Of a stretch of 64,000 nucleotides of DNA, positions 1-13,184 are shown in pieces. The stretch is from positions 42,532,001-42,596,000 of the forward strand of contig NC_058382.1 of assembly GCF_018350175.1 (NCBI RefSeq), written 5' to 3'. Numbering within the stretch: position 1 is the first letter of the stretch; every line of letters begins with the position of its first letter. Source of the stretch: Felis catus (Eukaryota). The translations under genes and the position numbers were made by a program. The notes beneath the pieces were generated by a model. That model had not been told where the DNA came from and ran no database searches. It saw only the letters and a program-made list of their open reading frames with translations.

Positions 1-71
1 CAGAAGCCAACTGGACAGTGACCAGGCACCCCTCAGCCTGCCCTCCTGGCTTCCCCCTCACCTCACCTCAC

Positions 72-3000
72 CTCAGCCTGGGATTCTCGGTCCAGCTCCT
101 TGGTCACGTAGAGTGTCCCCTCTGCATCCACATCAAAGGGTCCAGGGGGCTGGCTCTCCAGATGATAATGTACATCTCCCCCACTCCAGTGTACCTGGGA
201 GGGGTCACAGAATAAGGGCACCCCAGGATGAGGGGCAGGAACAGCCCACATCAGCTCTTATGTCTCAACTGTGCCTGGGTAGGGAGCCTGGGCCCCTGCT
301 CCTGTGTGACGTCAGGTAAGCTGCTATCCTCCCTGGAGTCCAGGTAGGGTCTTTTTGTTTGGGACACTCGTTGTTGTAGCAAGTCCAGGGTGGCCTTGCC
401 CTGGTCCGAGCCCAGACCCTGCCCAAAATGCCTGAATGACCAGGTTGTTATTCTGTGCCCTCTCAGGCTGGGCCAGACCCGGGGCATTCCTCGAGAAGGT
501 CTGAGACATTCCAAGCCCGGGTGACAATCCCCATGGCAGCAGAGGATGGCAGCTGTTCCCCCTAAGGAACCTAGGGCAAGCTCAGGTCAGGGCCCAGAGC
601 CACGCTTGCCAGAGGATAGCAGGTGAGGGGCTGTGGGCCTGGTTCTGGGGCCTTGGATGCCCTACTCCATGATGGGAACTGATGGGGACAGTCGAGGGAA
701 GAACATAGGTAGGAGGGGAGCAGGGGTCAAGCTGGGCCTCAGACCCACCCCCCAAATCTCAAGACTGAGGCCCAGATGTACCATCCATGGGGCTACTTCA
801 GCCACTGACAGGCACTTACTCACCTGGGCAATGCGGTGTGGGTATGGAACTTGCAGATTCTCTGCCAGGTGGACAGGATCTAGGGGCACCCAGGTGTTCT
901 CTACCACAGAGACATCTACGGTGGCTGTGGCCTGGTGGCCCGAAGCCTGGTCACCCATGTCCTTGACCTGTACCAATAGCTGGTAGGGCCCTTCCATATC
1001 CTGGTCTAGGCTGGTGCTTCCTAGAAGGGTCAGGATGGTCAGCTGAGCAGGAGTCCAGGACATCCTTCTCAGTGAGTTACCAAACACAAAGCCAAGCATA
1101 TGGCAGGTGTCCAGGATACTTTCTTGGCCCAAGGGTAAGACTTTTAACACCATAGTGAGCACTCAAACAGGACTTGAAAAATTGCAAAGCCATTTCCATA
1201 TCTATCCACACAATGAATAGTTGATGGACTGGATGACTAGGTTGGGGGTAGGGACACATGAGTGGTTGGGTAGTGATTAGATGACCAGTTAGATGCATGG
1301 ATGGTTGACCAAGTAAGTGCATGGGAATTTGGGTGTGTGGATGGGTTAATCTGCATAGATGTTTGAATAGATGGACTACATGTGTAACAGTTGGGTGGTA
1401 GATGGGTGAATGGGTGACTGGCTGGGCAGATATATGGTTAGCTTTTCTTTCCCTACCATGTGCCTCTGGTCTGAATTCCCAGGTTCAGGTCTCCCTTACA
1501 ATCAGTCCAAAGGTCTCCCAGCAACATCCTGGGCTACAACCCCTCAGGTTTCTCCTAGCCTTGTCCCTTAGACTCCGGTGTCCAGGGTATAGGGCTGAGG
1601 TACTCCATTCACACCATTTTTTCTCTCCATGCACAAGGTTCAAGCCTTGTGCTTTGCTCTTCTCCACCCAGAATACTCTTTCTTCATCTCTAGCTCCAAC
1701 CCATCCTACTGTTACGGCTCACATGCTGCCTTCCCCAGCTTTCTCTGACCTCTCTCCTCCTCACACCCAGCTTAGGCTCACCCTCAGGACTGAGGGCCAG
1801 AGCCCCCAGCCGAGGCTCCAGCTGGAACATGTCTGGGGAAGGCCGGGCTGGAGCCTGGTTCAGGATGTAGAATCGGAGATCTGAGTTGGCCGTGCCTGGC
1901 TCATCCTCGTCCAAAGCCTCAAGGAAGAGGAAGGGGATGCCTGGTGTGTGTGGAGAGGACAAACCATGAAAGGAGAAGGGGTTGGGGAGGGTTTCCCAAG
2001 CCTCCCCTATCTCTCCCTGGTACTTCCTTTCATATCCATCATCATATCAGGACTCTGGATTGGAGCCACAGCTTTTCACCCCACTTTTCAGGTGAACAGA
2101 GGCCAAGACTGGATGGGGCCAGAGGACTCTAAGGAGGGTGGGGGGAGAAGGTTGGGACAGAAATAGGAGGGGGGTGCCTTGGATCCTGGCTTATGCTTAT
2201 GCTTATGCTGGGTGTCTTATGCTATGCTTATGCTGTGCTTATGCTGGGTGTCTGGCCACCTCTTTACTCTCTCATCATTGCCCATATCATTGCCCACATG
2301 ACCTTGTTGTTAGCCCGTTGCCCTGGGCACTCACCAGGCCTGGTGCCCTGGCTCAGCTGAACTCTGTAGATGGACTGAGAGAAGTGGGGCACCTGGTCAT
2401 TCTCATCCTTCACATGCACAAGCACGGGCTGTGGGCCCCACAAGACATGTCCGTCCTCAGTCTCCAGGGTGACCTGGCAGGGAAGGATAGTCAGTGCCCC
2501 GCCCTGCCTTCACTGTTCTCCTCTACATCTGGCCCAGCCATACCTGTAGCCGGTACTCCGCTTGCTCCTCGCGATCCAGGACCCTGGTCACCAGCAAGAA
2601 GCCAGACCCTGCATCCACAGCAAAGGGGCCCTCGGCTGTCATGTCCGGGTTTCCTGACAGCACCATCTTACCTTCAGTCTCCTCAGGGGGCAGTGGTAGC
2701 TGTTGGGGAGAACAGAGAGGTAAAGGCAGTGGGAGCCAGGCCTGGGGGGTGCCCCTCCACCCAATGACCCCATTATATATGTGGGGAGACTGAAGCTCAG
2801 AGAGGGCTAGCGCTTGCCTGAGGTCAAACAGCCATGAAGTCATAGGACTGAGATTCAAAGCCGGAGCTCTTTCCCCTGTACCTGATGCACCCCAATACTC
2901 CCTGCCTTCCTTTCTAAATTTTGAAACCCCACCACCAATTGTTTATTTTTCTTTTTTTTTAGAAATTTATTTTTATTTTTTTAAGAGACAGAGAGGGAGA

Positions 3001-3728
3001 GGAGGAGAGGTGCAGAGAGAGAGAAGAGACACAGAATCCGAAGCAGGCTCCAGGCTCTGACCTGTCAGCACAGAGCCTGATGTGGGGCTTGAACTCGTGA
3101 ACTGTGAGATCATGACCTGAGCTGAAGTCGGTCGCTCAACCGAGCCACCCAAGCGCCCCAACCAATTATTTATTTTTCAACTTAAAACTCTACTTTCTTC
3201 TGGAATTGAAATTTTGTTACTCACTCACTATAGCACATATTCTTGGGGAAGCAGGATTAAAAGAAAGAGATAAAATGCTGGAGGTAGGGGAAGCAGGACT
3301 TGGGGGTGGATAACCCACCCAGCTTTCAGGCTTACCTTGATCAGGTACAAAGGGAAATTTCCACCATAGTTTTCTGGGACTTCCACATACAGTTCTGCAG
3401 GCTGGGCCTCTGGGAGAACCTGGGGGAGGATTCTCACCTTGTCTCACAGGCAGCTGACAAGGAAGGGGAATTTCTGCCCCTTCCATAGGCCTGGCCATAC
3501 CTTAACCCATCCACCCTCTGGTCTTTGACCTCCTGATCCCACAGCAGGCCTATAGCCAGCTCTGAACGCCCTCCCACAACTAGTCTCTTCCATGGTCAGT
3601 GCAACTAGTCCAGGTGGAGTGGGGGACAATGGTGCCAACACCCAGGGCCAGGATCTGAAGGAGTCGAGCAGGGTCCAGCTCACCTGGGCAACAGAGAGGT
3701 AAAGCAGCCACAGCCAGGCAGGGACCAT
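72..3728 (-). CDS. CDH16: Cadherin-16 (Ksp-cadherin), 5' portion; gene continues beyond the left edge
   Basis: Coding exons 3684-3728 (MVPAWLWLLYLSVAQ), 3336-3419, 2544-2699, 2335-2473, 1782-1940, 824-1020, 72-194. All have GT-AG boundaries and consistent phases. Cadherin motifs LDRE, DENDQVP and ELDRE are present, and the translation matches recalled CDH16. Confidence 0.96.
2190..2252. repeat. Short (CTTATG)n-based tandem repeat in a CDH16 intron
   Basis: cttatgcttatgcttatgctgggtgt followed by an imperfect second copy. Confidence 0.8.
2952..3159 (-). mobile_element. Can-SINE (SINEC_Fc-like)
   Basis: tRNA-derived head ggggcgc, (CT)n tract, A-tail; TSD ccaatt(g/a)tttatttttc. Confidence 0.9.
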
Positions 3729-4718
3729 GGTCAGGATGGGCCTGAAGGACACGGCAGTGAGGGTACACCCAGGATCAGTAGGCACGGGGTCCCTCCCATT
3801 ACTCTCCTCCTAGAGAGTATCCCTCCTCTCATCACCACTCAGCCCAAGCCATGGCTTCCTCAAGCCCCACAGGTGCAACTTTCCCTTCTTCAGCTGGACC
3901 TCCTGCTACCTGTCACTATGGGGCAGTCAGCCAGGTCTCCTCCTGTCTCCTGTCCTTCTATACTCCCAGAGATGCCCCTCCCCATCCCACCCACTTGGAC
4001 ATTGCTCTCCACCCACTCTCATCCTTGTCCCCTGCCTCAGCCCATTCCACACAAATAGCCAGTGGGACCTCACGACAGACTGTGCTCCACTTTCTCCTCT
4101 TGGAGGGGCCTGTGGCTCCCCACTGCCTGCAGGGTAGCATCCAGCTCCTTGACCAGGCCCACCTAGGCCCCTAGGCCCAGCCATCCTGCCTCTTGGTTCT
4201 TGGCCCCACAAGGATCTCCATGGGAGTTTCACCTCCAGACCTTTGTCTCCTTCCCAACATAGCCTCCCCAGCCTGTATGTAGATCCCAAAGTGCAATTGC
4301 CCAGCAGCCCTGAATATCCCAAAAACTTGAATCTGGAAAGGCCCTGAGGACTCTAAGGGTCACTTCCTGCAGTCACCTCATGTTGCAGGTAAAGCCTCAA
4401 AGGCAAGACCTGACCAAGGTCACAGAGGACTTGACCACAGGACAATCCCTCCTGGAACAGAGGTTCAGGGTCTTGAGGCCTGTTTTTCTACACACTGCCA
4501 TCCTTCAGACACAGAGTCCCCTCGGGACAGGAGTCCTGCCCTCATCTTGGCATTTTCAGCACTCAGCTTGGAGCTGAGTATGCAGAGCATGGACAACCAC
4601 TCCAACTTCTCCTGGGAATTCTTCCCCGAACAGGGGCTGGACAGGGCAGTGTTTGTCCTTCCCCTACCACCAACCCCCAGCCTCAGCCCTGCTCACCCCT
4701 CCACTCCAGGGACCTCAC

Positions 4719-4865
4719 CCTCTGGTGCCTCAGGCGGGCTCCCTTGGTCCAGCCGCCAGGCGAGAGGACTCCTTCTCCAGGGAGCACTAGCCAGGCCGGG
4801 ATGGGTGGGGTAGGGCAGGGCGGACACTTGAGCAGGTAGGCGGTCCAGCCAGGCTTGCTCAGGAG
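4719..4865 (-). other. CDH16: CDH16 non-coding exon 1 (TSS approximate)
   Basis: Donor AGAGG|GTGAGG at 4719/4718. The sequence gaaggag...gctggaccaagggag resembles the recalled human CDH16 5'UTR. It splices to the acceptor at 3741, 13 nt before the ATG. Confidence 0.7.
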
Positions 4866-4918
4866 TGGAAAACACCACTGGCCCACAGCAGCAGACCCGG
4901 CCCTGCCCAGCCCCCAAA

Positions 4919-4931
4919 GTTACTCATTGAC
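4919..4931. promoter_or_regulatory. HNF1 binding site of the CDH16 (Ksp) promoter
   Basis: GTTACTCATTGAC versus consensus GTTAATNATTAAC (2 mismatches), just upstream of exon 1. The Ksp-cadherin promoter is an established HNF1A/HNF1B target. Confidence 0.75.
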
Positions 4932-7368
4932 TTTAGAAAGCTGGGGGCTGCTCAGCATCCATGACTGCCAGCCCCAGGAGGTGGGGAGATCATTGGCCTG
5001 GCACTTCTCCCATTCCTACACAGCCCAATGGGCATTTCTTGGCCCTTTGGGCTTGGACATTACTTCTTTTTCTGTGGTTTCAGACTTGATCCCACCTCTC
5101 CTCCATGTACCAGCATCTGCAGCTCTATCTTGGCCCACTCTGTTCCTTTCGTAGGGAATGTCCTTCCCTCCCTTCATCTGTCTGGTGAACATCTACTCAG
5201 GCTTCAGTACTCAGCTATTTCTTTCTCCAGGAAACCTTCCCTGGGATCCCACGCTTGTTCAGGATTCTCTTCTGGGAATAATCTCTACCCCATGTAATGT
5301 GCTACCTCTATCAGAGCAGAGAAGACACCAGACTGCCATTGTCTCTTCTATCAGACTGGGAGCCCTCCAGGGCAAGTCTCAGGGATGCAGTAATGACCTT
5401 GCCCTTGCTTGGCCCTGGCAGCTCCTGACTGGATCAAAAACAAGGAGGTTGCACACGAAGGATAAATGAACATGACCTGAACTGGGTATTTGGGGCTTTA
5501 GACCACCCACCACTGGGACCAATGGGTGGAGCAATCAGCAGCCTTTGAGATCCCCTGAGGCTCCCTAAGGGTTCACACTAGCTGCTGACACTGACAGGGC
5601 TGGGAAAATGGACTGTCTCGTGCCTCTGAGAAGGAAGAGAAGATTGAGCCAGCTCAGGTGACCTTGAGGGAATTGCAGGGATTGCAAGAGGCCCCTCCCC
5701 CCATGAGGGCAGCCAAGTGGAGCCAGGAAAAGTTTCTGGGGCCTGGGAGTCCACAAGGAGGATGTGTGGGAAGGGTCAGGGATACCATCTCCAGTCCTTC
5801 CTTGTTCTCAGAGTTTCCCATGGTCTTCCCTGAGTCCTTCCCACTGCATATCTGGAGGATGGGCAGAAACTCCTCACCTGCCTCCAGCCTTGTCTGCCAC
5901 AAGCCAAGTGTAACTCAGGCACCCCAGGCACCACAGCCCGAAGCAGTGCACTGTGGGGTGGCTGAAGGGGTTTCATGTATGTTAAGCTCCTACTATGCAC
6001 CTGGCATTGCTCTGAGCGCATACCTTCACTATTACCCTAACTCCCTTCTGAAGGGGCATTGTTCCCATGTCACTTACTGGGGCACAGAGATGCTGAGTGG
6101 GTTGCTCAGGGTCACAAAGCTAATAAGTAGCAGAGCCAGGAAGGCCTGGATTTTTCTTCAGGCCTCAGGACCTTCACTTGCTTTGAGAAAACCATGCCTT
6201 CCACATGCCTCTAAGTATGTTGCAGGCTGGGAGTGGGGAGCGGCAAAGCTCTGTGCACTTAACATTGCCCTGGGGAGCACGTGCGTCAGCCAAGATGGGT
6301 TCTGCACACTGCAGGTTGTGCACGTTGAACAACTGCCAATGAACAACTCACACCTTCTGCCAATGAACAACTGCAGTGTTCTAACCAGGTTGCAAGAGCA
6401 CCTAGGAGTCTGTGGAATAAATAAATTGAACTAACGCAGGAATTGTATGGACCCTTGACCAAGCCTCGCCCTAGGCTGCCTTTGGGCTCTGGAGACCAGC
6501 AGACTAGTATACCAGTCCCCACTCAGCCACTTCTACCTGTGTGACCTCAGGCAACCGCTGCAGTTCCCCATCTATAATTGCCAAATGGAGATACTCATTC
6601 CTGAAACAATGTAGGTAAAGTCCCAGCAGTCACCTGTGCCTGGTGTGGGTGGTGGGGAGACAGGCACACTGCCAGCTATCAGCGAACAGGCACACGTTCC
6701 CACACCAATGCAAGGCCTCTCATTCCGGGCAGGGAGGGTTCCAGGGAGCTGTTCCTGCCAACACCACATTAGCCAGTGCTAAGCTTGGGATGCTCTGGCC
6801 TGGCCCCTCCCAGAGGAGAGAAGAGTGAGGCCCTCCCTTTCTCAGTATCCCAGCCTCAGACACTAGCCTCCTTCTTTCCCAGCCAGGGAGTCTCAGAAGT
6901 CTTCCACAGCTACCCCACTTAAGCAACTTTCCAGCCACTCTCAGCAGGGAGCAGGACGGAGACACCAGCCCAGGACCCAGCCAGACCCAGGGCTCTTGTT
7001 TGCCCATGAGACCTGGGGCAGGGCATGGTACCTCAGACAGCCTCAGTTTCCCTGACCCACAGTGGAGAGATTGAACCTTTAATCAGCTGGGCATTGCTAG
7101 GCCCCAGTGCAAGAGAAAAATCTGGATAACAAGCTGGGAGGGGCTATTATCTCCTCCTGCTGCTTGGATCCCCAACCAGGCCACAACCACACCTGTCCCT
7201 CTGATTCAGCTGAATATATCAGAGCTCAAATATTAGGATAATCAAGGCCACACACCAGGGAAGGGCAGCGAGGCCCTATCCCTTAACCTCAGGAACACTT
7301 CCTCCTCCTACAACCCCCTACTGGGAGGAAATACAGAGTTAACAGCCCTGATCTATCAGGAAATAGTC

Positions 7369-7374
7369 TTTATT
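7369..7374 (-). terminator. RRAD polyadenylation signal
   Basis: AATAAA on the minus strand ~355 nt after the RRAD stop. Confidence 0.8.
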
Positions 7375-7727
7375 ACAAAAATTTGCATGTAAACAAATAA
7401 CCACTGCACTGAACAGCCTCCCTCCAGAGCATGCACACCCCAAGTGTGGAGAAAGATAGAGTCCTTTCCTCACACAGAGGCCTGCCCCACAGGCTGGGCT
7501 CAGGCTGCTGCTTGGGACACACACTGGCCTGTACACACATTGCCGTGGGCCCAGCCCTTGATGGTCACTGGGAGCTGCCTCCCTGGGCAGCACTGTCTGT
7601 CTGTCCGTGACCATGAGGTGGGGTATGCCCAGAGTCCGAGCCAGCCCTGAGGCACCTAGGGCAGTTGGCTGGGCCAGCCCACCAATCCACCCACGTGTAT
7701 GCACAACACAGTATGTGCCTGTGGAGT

Positions 7728-10280
7728 CTAGAGCACGGAGAGATCGTGGCAGGACTTGGACTTGGCGCGAAAGGCCATCTTGCGGCTGTTGCGTGCTACA
7801 ATGCGGCCCAAGAAACGCTTTGCCTTCTTGCCAAGGCTCTCTCGCCGCCGGGTACCCGCCTGTCGACGTGCATTGGCCTCTTTGCTGTCCCTGCGCAGGC
7901 GTATCTGGCGCACGACACCCTCAAACAGGGCCTGGACATTGTGGTGCAGCGCTGCTGAGGTCTCAATAAACTTGCAGTCAAAGACCACGGCACACGCCCG
8001 GCCCTCTGGTGGGGAAAGGCACATTCTGGTTAAACAAAGCGTGGGTGGGTGAGAAGTCCACTCAAATCCTGGTCACCCCATTGCAGCTGCCACTCAGGAA
8101 TCTCAGGGTCAGGGAAGGGGGATCCCTGGGTGGTCCCCAGAAACATAGAACGCAGCTCCTGTACAGAGGATCCAGGGCATTGCTGGGTCACCCAACTGTA
8201 GAATGTGCCCACGTTTAAGGAGTTCACAAAGGCCCACAAAAGGAAACTCGTTTATTGAAATAATTTGAAGTCGGATATTGAAATAGAAATGCTACAGTAC
8301 TCAACACAAGAGAACGAGAACCTTGTTGAGCAGCTTAGTGCTTCATGGTTTGGTGTTATATACCAGTGAAACTAGAAGGAGAATGTCACCAAGTCACTGC
8401 TAGGTTCCTCTGAGGGGCTCAGTTCTGGGGGGTCACAGAGGAGAATGCTGAGCCCAAGAGGGGAGAATCCTCCCCAGGCACAAGCCCATGCCAAGACTGG
8501 CCCCGGCCCCAAATCCACTCTGTGACCTCCTATCCCAGTTCTCTGTGCTCTCCTCACCCATTGTCTGTCAGGCCAGGGCCAAAAGGGACAGGAGACGAGG
8601 ACCCTGTGGTGGCCCAGCTCAGTGCACAGCAGCTTCCATCTCCCCTTGTGCGTTTGGTCCTTTCCCCAGCCCTCTTGGACCTTTGAGAGTCCAGTGGGAG
8701 GGGAGCAGTTTTCTCTCTCTCCCCCTCAAGTTTTTTTCCTGAATATTTTTAGCCACTCATGATCCCCAGGGACTTGAGCTGAGCCAAGACTGAATGGACC
8801 ACAGCCCAGTTAGGATGTCCCTCCCTTTCCGACCCGCTCCCTGCTCACCATCCAAGGAGACCTCTCGAGAGCGCACCAGGTCGCTCTTGTTGCCCACTAG
8901 GATAATGGGCACGTCGTCCGTCTGCCGTGCCCGCCGCAGCTGGACTCGCAGCTCTGAGGCCTTCTCGAAGCTTTCCTTATCTGTCACTGAGTACACGATG
9001 ACGTACGCATCGCCCATAGCCATGCAATGACCAGGTAGCCAGCGGCCACTATCCTGGGGAACACATATATACACATATCTACCCAATAATTCTCATTTCC
9101 CCAGGCTACAAGGCTGCCACTATCAGCAGGCCTCTATCCCTGGGTCACGCTCCCACCCTGCCCTGGGTCTCAGCCTGCAGCCTACCTGCTCCCAGATGTC
9201 ATAGACCATGAGTGATGCCTCCTCTCCATCCACTATGATGGACCGATCATATGTGTGCCCTAGGAAGGAGACTAGTAGTCAGGTTACCTTCTGGCTGCAA
9301 GAAGCCACCCTCCCACACCATGTGCCAGGTTTACTGTTCTGGCCACCCCTTCCAACTCCACTCCAGAGCCCCCCTAACCTTTCCCTCCACTTATGGCCAC
9401 TATGTGACAACAGAAATAACAGGGCTGGGAAGTGGGAAGTAGAGGGCATGGGGGGCCTTCCTGATCCTCACCTAGACACCTCTTCCCCAAGCTACCAATG
9501 TCCTGGGTGGCCAATCCTGATGTCTTGGCCCCAAGGTAGCTCCGACCACAGTGGCCTGAGTTAAAATAGTGACTGTCATATTCTTAGAGCCTTTGTCACC
9601 CAGGGCTCTCTCCTAGAAACTCCCTCTGGTTGTGTTCCTGTCAGCCCTGGCAGGGAGGGATGTCCCATTCCTATCCTAAGAGTTGTCTCAGGTATGGGTC
9701 TTCTACTCCGGGCATCTCTCCCTCTAGCAAGAGCTGGAGGTCCCCTCTCTCTTAATTTCCCCAACCATGAAACGGGTCAGTAGAAACATGGTTCTGAAAA
9801 TGCCTTCAGAATCCCACGGTATGTGCGGCTTTTAATCCAGTTCCCCAGCCCTGTAGCCCTCAGTCCCAACCCTGGCATCTCCCCTCCCTTGAATAGTCCC
9901 AGCCCCTCACCTGCGGCCTCTGCTTCAGGCCCATCCTCTACACCACCGAAGATTCGTGCCAGAGCGCTCTTGCCCACGCCAGGCGCCCCCAGCAGCAGCA
10001 CCTTGTAGACGCTCTCGTCTGAGTCACTGCCCCCTGAGCTGAGCGACTCGGAGGAGCCCTCGTGCCATTCGAGCGTCGCACCCTGGGCCCCGGTCCCGGT
10101 CCCGGCCGCTGCCAGAGCGCCCGGAGCCAGCGCCGCCTGCAGGTCCCGCTCGTCCACCGGCATGCTTCGGCGGTGCAGCGGGGGCGCCGGGCCCCAGGGT
10201 GTGCTGCCCCGACGGCGCTCGCGCTCCCGGCCCCCGCCGCGGTTCCCGCCCGCTCCGCTGCCGCCGCCATTCAGAGTCAT
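7728..10280 (-). CDS. RRAD: GTP-binding protein RAD (RGK family), complete, 308 aa
   Basis: Exons 9911-10280, 9186-9259, 8849-9053, 7728-8005 total 927 nt. Motifs: G1 GAPGVGKS, RGK-type G3 DIWEQ, NKSD, ETSA, and C-terminus KSKSCHDLSVL. Confidence 0.98.
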
Positions 10281-10527
10281 CGCGCCCGACGCCGTCTGGG
10301 GAACGGGAGTGGGGAAGGCAGGGTAAGCCGTGGTGTACAGGGTGTGGGAGGCCGGACCCCTGGAGCGCCTGCCCTATCCCCGGCTCAGGCAGGACGCTGG
10401 AGCCGAGGACCTGCCGCAGTCCCCTCTCGGCCGTGAAGGCACTCTGACTCTGAGCCACTCTCCCGACTTGTCCATCCGCACCCCGGACGGTGCGACCACC
10501 CGCACCCTGCTACACCAGGACACTCAC

Positions 10528-10640
10528 CCACCCGCACACGGACACGGTCAGAACTAGGTTCCAGGCCCCGATACAGTCCACTCGCAGACCCTGGCTCGGA
10601 CACCCGACGCTGCTGCAGCCTTCGCCTCCTCAGTCCGCTC
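10528..10640 (-). other. RRAD: RRAD non-coding exon 1 (TSS approximate)
   Basis: Donor G|GTGAG at 10528/10527; exon 2 acceptor at 10295; TATA-like TTAAATA ~25-30 nt upstream. Confidence 0.6.
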
Positions 10641-10659
10641 TGGGCCCCGGGCTCCAGAG

Positions 10660-10825
10660 CTGTCTATTTAAGCGTCTGCCCGCCCCCGCCCCCGCCCCCA
10701 CCCCCACCCCCCGCGCTCGCCCACGTCCCCGCTGCTGCGGGGGCTGACGTGTCCGTCCCCTCCCCCTCGGGGGAATCCCCCACCCCCTCCCAGGACCTCG
10801 CACCCACCGAGACCCCGCCCCACCA
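10660..10825 (-). promoter_or_regulatory. RRAD proximal promoter within a CpG island
   Basis: TTAAATAG TATA/MEF2-like box 10664-10671; GC-box/G-run array 10680-10712; TGACGT 10745-10750; kappaB-like GGGGAATCCCC 10770-10780; CpG-rich from ~9900 to 10830. Confidence 0.65.
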
Positions 10826-12970
10826 GACTGGGCAGACAAAGCCTAGGTCTGAGCGTTTGTGGTGGGAGGCAGGGAAGGAGGCAGAAGGAATGGGGGTAGG
10901 TTGAATGGTGCGGGGGAGGGGTTTGAAGTTGGGGATACCATCGTGGGTGGGGGGTCAAGGGGGAAAACCGGAAGGGCCCACTGTGCCAACTCCCCTCTGG
11001 GGAAAAATTAGTTCTGGCCCTTTAACAGTGAATTCTCCCTTTGCTCTCCCCCAGCCCTGGCCTGTTGCCCAAACAAGCAGACCAATACAGGCTGGAAAGA
11101 CTTGACCCTTCTTTGCTCAGGACACCCACTCCCCACCCTCTCATATCTGAGCTAAAACATAAGGGTCCTAAATCTGGACCTCTGGTCTTAGCACCAAGTC
11201 CTCTCTACTCCCCTCCCTGTCCTGGGGAGCTGAAGGTTCTACCTGATGCGCCTCCCCTTCAGGGTGTGGGCTAGTGTCAAAATGTGAGCCCCTGGGGGCA
11301 CATGGAGAGCTGTTTGGGGGAGGGAGTCAGGGAAGGGAGGTGCTCTGGCAGTGCTTTGCAGGTAGAGGTGCATACTTGATTCTGGGGGAAGGAATACAAG
11401 CCCAGAGAAGGGAAAGGATGAACTCAGCACCACCTCACCTCCCAGCACCCTCCAGACAGCTAGCTGCCAACAACTCTGCTAAAAATACCTGGCCCTGGCC
11501 CTTCTGCTCCTGGCCTTTCCGTTCCTGGTCGTTCTGCTCCTAGGCTGGAGGTTGCCCAAAGTTGGGGAAATCCTGGCAGATAGGTGTCAGATGGCGGCAA
11601 GAGTGGATGGGGTGGGTGGGACTGGACCAGAGTCAGGGCTGAATCCAGCCACTTTAAGTCTTCAATGGCTCTCTCCTTCCCTCTAGCCCTAAGGACCTAC
11701 TGTTCAGGGCATATAACAGGATCTGGAAGTTCAGACTCCCATCTAGGAGGGGCAAGGGGTAGAGCACCCTTGGGGCAGGGCTGGGGGGATGGAATTAGCC
11801 ACCACTTGGTGCCACCACTGCCCAGAGCTCACCCCCTCCTTAGACCTAGGGTGGGGGCCAGGGCAGAGGGGAGATGTCATGGGGAAGCTTGGTTTCTAGA
11901 CCTGGCTCTGCCTCCAGACTCCTGGGTCTTGCTTCCTCTCCCAGCCTCAGGGTGCCCAGCTATAAAATGATCTGTTCCCCCCTTGCTCATGTCTAGGGTG
12001 TATGAGATTGGGAACAGGCCGGCTATGAGGTACTTTGTGAGAGGGATCTGCTATCAGACTCTGACGTTTGATTGTAATGAGTGTAGCTGGGGTGGGGGCA
12101 CCCATTCAGGGCTCAGGTGACATCACGGATGGATGGATCCTAGTGGGCTGTTGTAGGTTGCCATGGAGACCTGGGTGGGGTTCTCTGGCTGCTGTATTAG
12201 TTTCCTTGGCAACATGGAAGAGGGCCTTGGAGTGAGGAGGGCCTGGCTAAGTAAGTAAGAGAGGGTTTGTGAGGGCCTCTCTGATCTTGAGGTCCCCAAA
12301 GTAGGCAAGGGCTAGACTGAGGGGTGGCCTGCCCACTTGTGTCTTTCCCATGGTCCTGGGGTCTTGGAGGCCTTGGCAACCCTATACTGGCTCTGGCTTC
12401 CTGGATGAGGTCCAGTGGCAAGAGGGAGTTGTGGTTTGAACCTCCCGTCAGGACGCAAGTCTCAAGAGCCAGCAAAACACTTCCCATCAGGAATCCTGGA
12501 TGGACTGCTTATGGCACTCCTACCCACCTCACACATGACCTTGCCACTGAAAATAACCCCTGCATGTCCAGCACAGGGTAGGTATGTGGGGGTAGCTCTG
12601 ACCGTTCCCAGCAGGGAGCCATGCAAGGAATTAGGGCTGGGTTTCCCCTCAAGTAATCTGAACTCTTGACTTCAGCAGTGTTTCTTCATTGCCAAGGGAA
12701 CTGCATCCACATTAGGCCAGTCAGGCCCCAAGCATTCCCCCAACAGGCCAGACACACCACAAGCCGAGGTATGGCCAGGGGCCCCAGGAACCAAGAGCAG
12801 GACATGACTCTGAGACACCCCCACTCCCACCTCCTGGTCCTCTCAGCTCTCTGGGCTGAGTTTGGCTGCCCAGAAGGAGCAAACTGAGTCTGGAACACAC
12901 CTAGGACAGCCCAGACTTCAAATCTCAACTCTGCCACTTGCTAGCTATTTCACCTCTGTTCATTTATCTT

Positions 12971-13184
12971 TTTTTTTTTTTTTTTTTTTTTAATTTTTGG
13001 GACAGAGAGAGACAGAGCATGAACGGGGGAGGGGCAGAGAGAGAGGGAGACACAGAATCGGAAGCAGGCTCCAGGCTCTGAGCCATCAGCCCAGAGCCCG
13101 ATGCGGGGCTCGAACTCACGAACCGCGAGATCGTGACCTGAGCTGAAGTCAGACGCTCAACCGACTGCGCCACCCAGGCGCCCC
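12971..13184 (-). mobile_element. Young Can-SINE (SINEC_Fc) inserted in a MIR
   Basis: Perfect 16-bp TSD tctgttcatttatctt (12955-12970, 13185-13200); long pure A-tail; CpGs retained. Confidence 0.93.

Noticed and set aside
5658-6434. 258-aa plus-strand ORF
   Set aside because: No recognisable domain or splice structure, low-information composition, and it overlaps MIR-like sequence. Most likely a chance ORF in GC-rich intergenic DNA.
7068-7090. HNF1-like site near the RRAD 3' end
   Set aside because: Too many mismatches to consensus; the convincing site is at 4919-4931.
12964-13173. Recurrent ORFs of the MAQSVERLTSAQV...[17 protein letters not shown] type (also near 2973, 15817, 22296, 54742)
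   Set aside because: Translations of Can-SINE copies, not a gene family.
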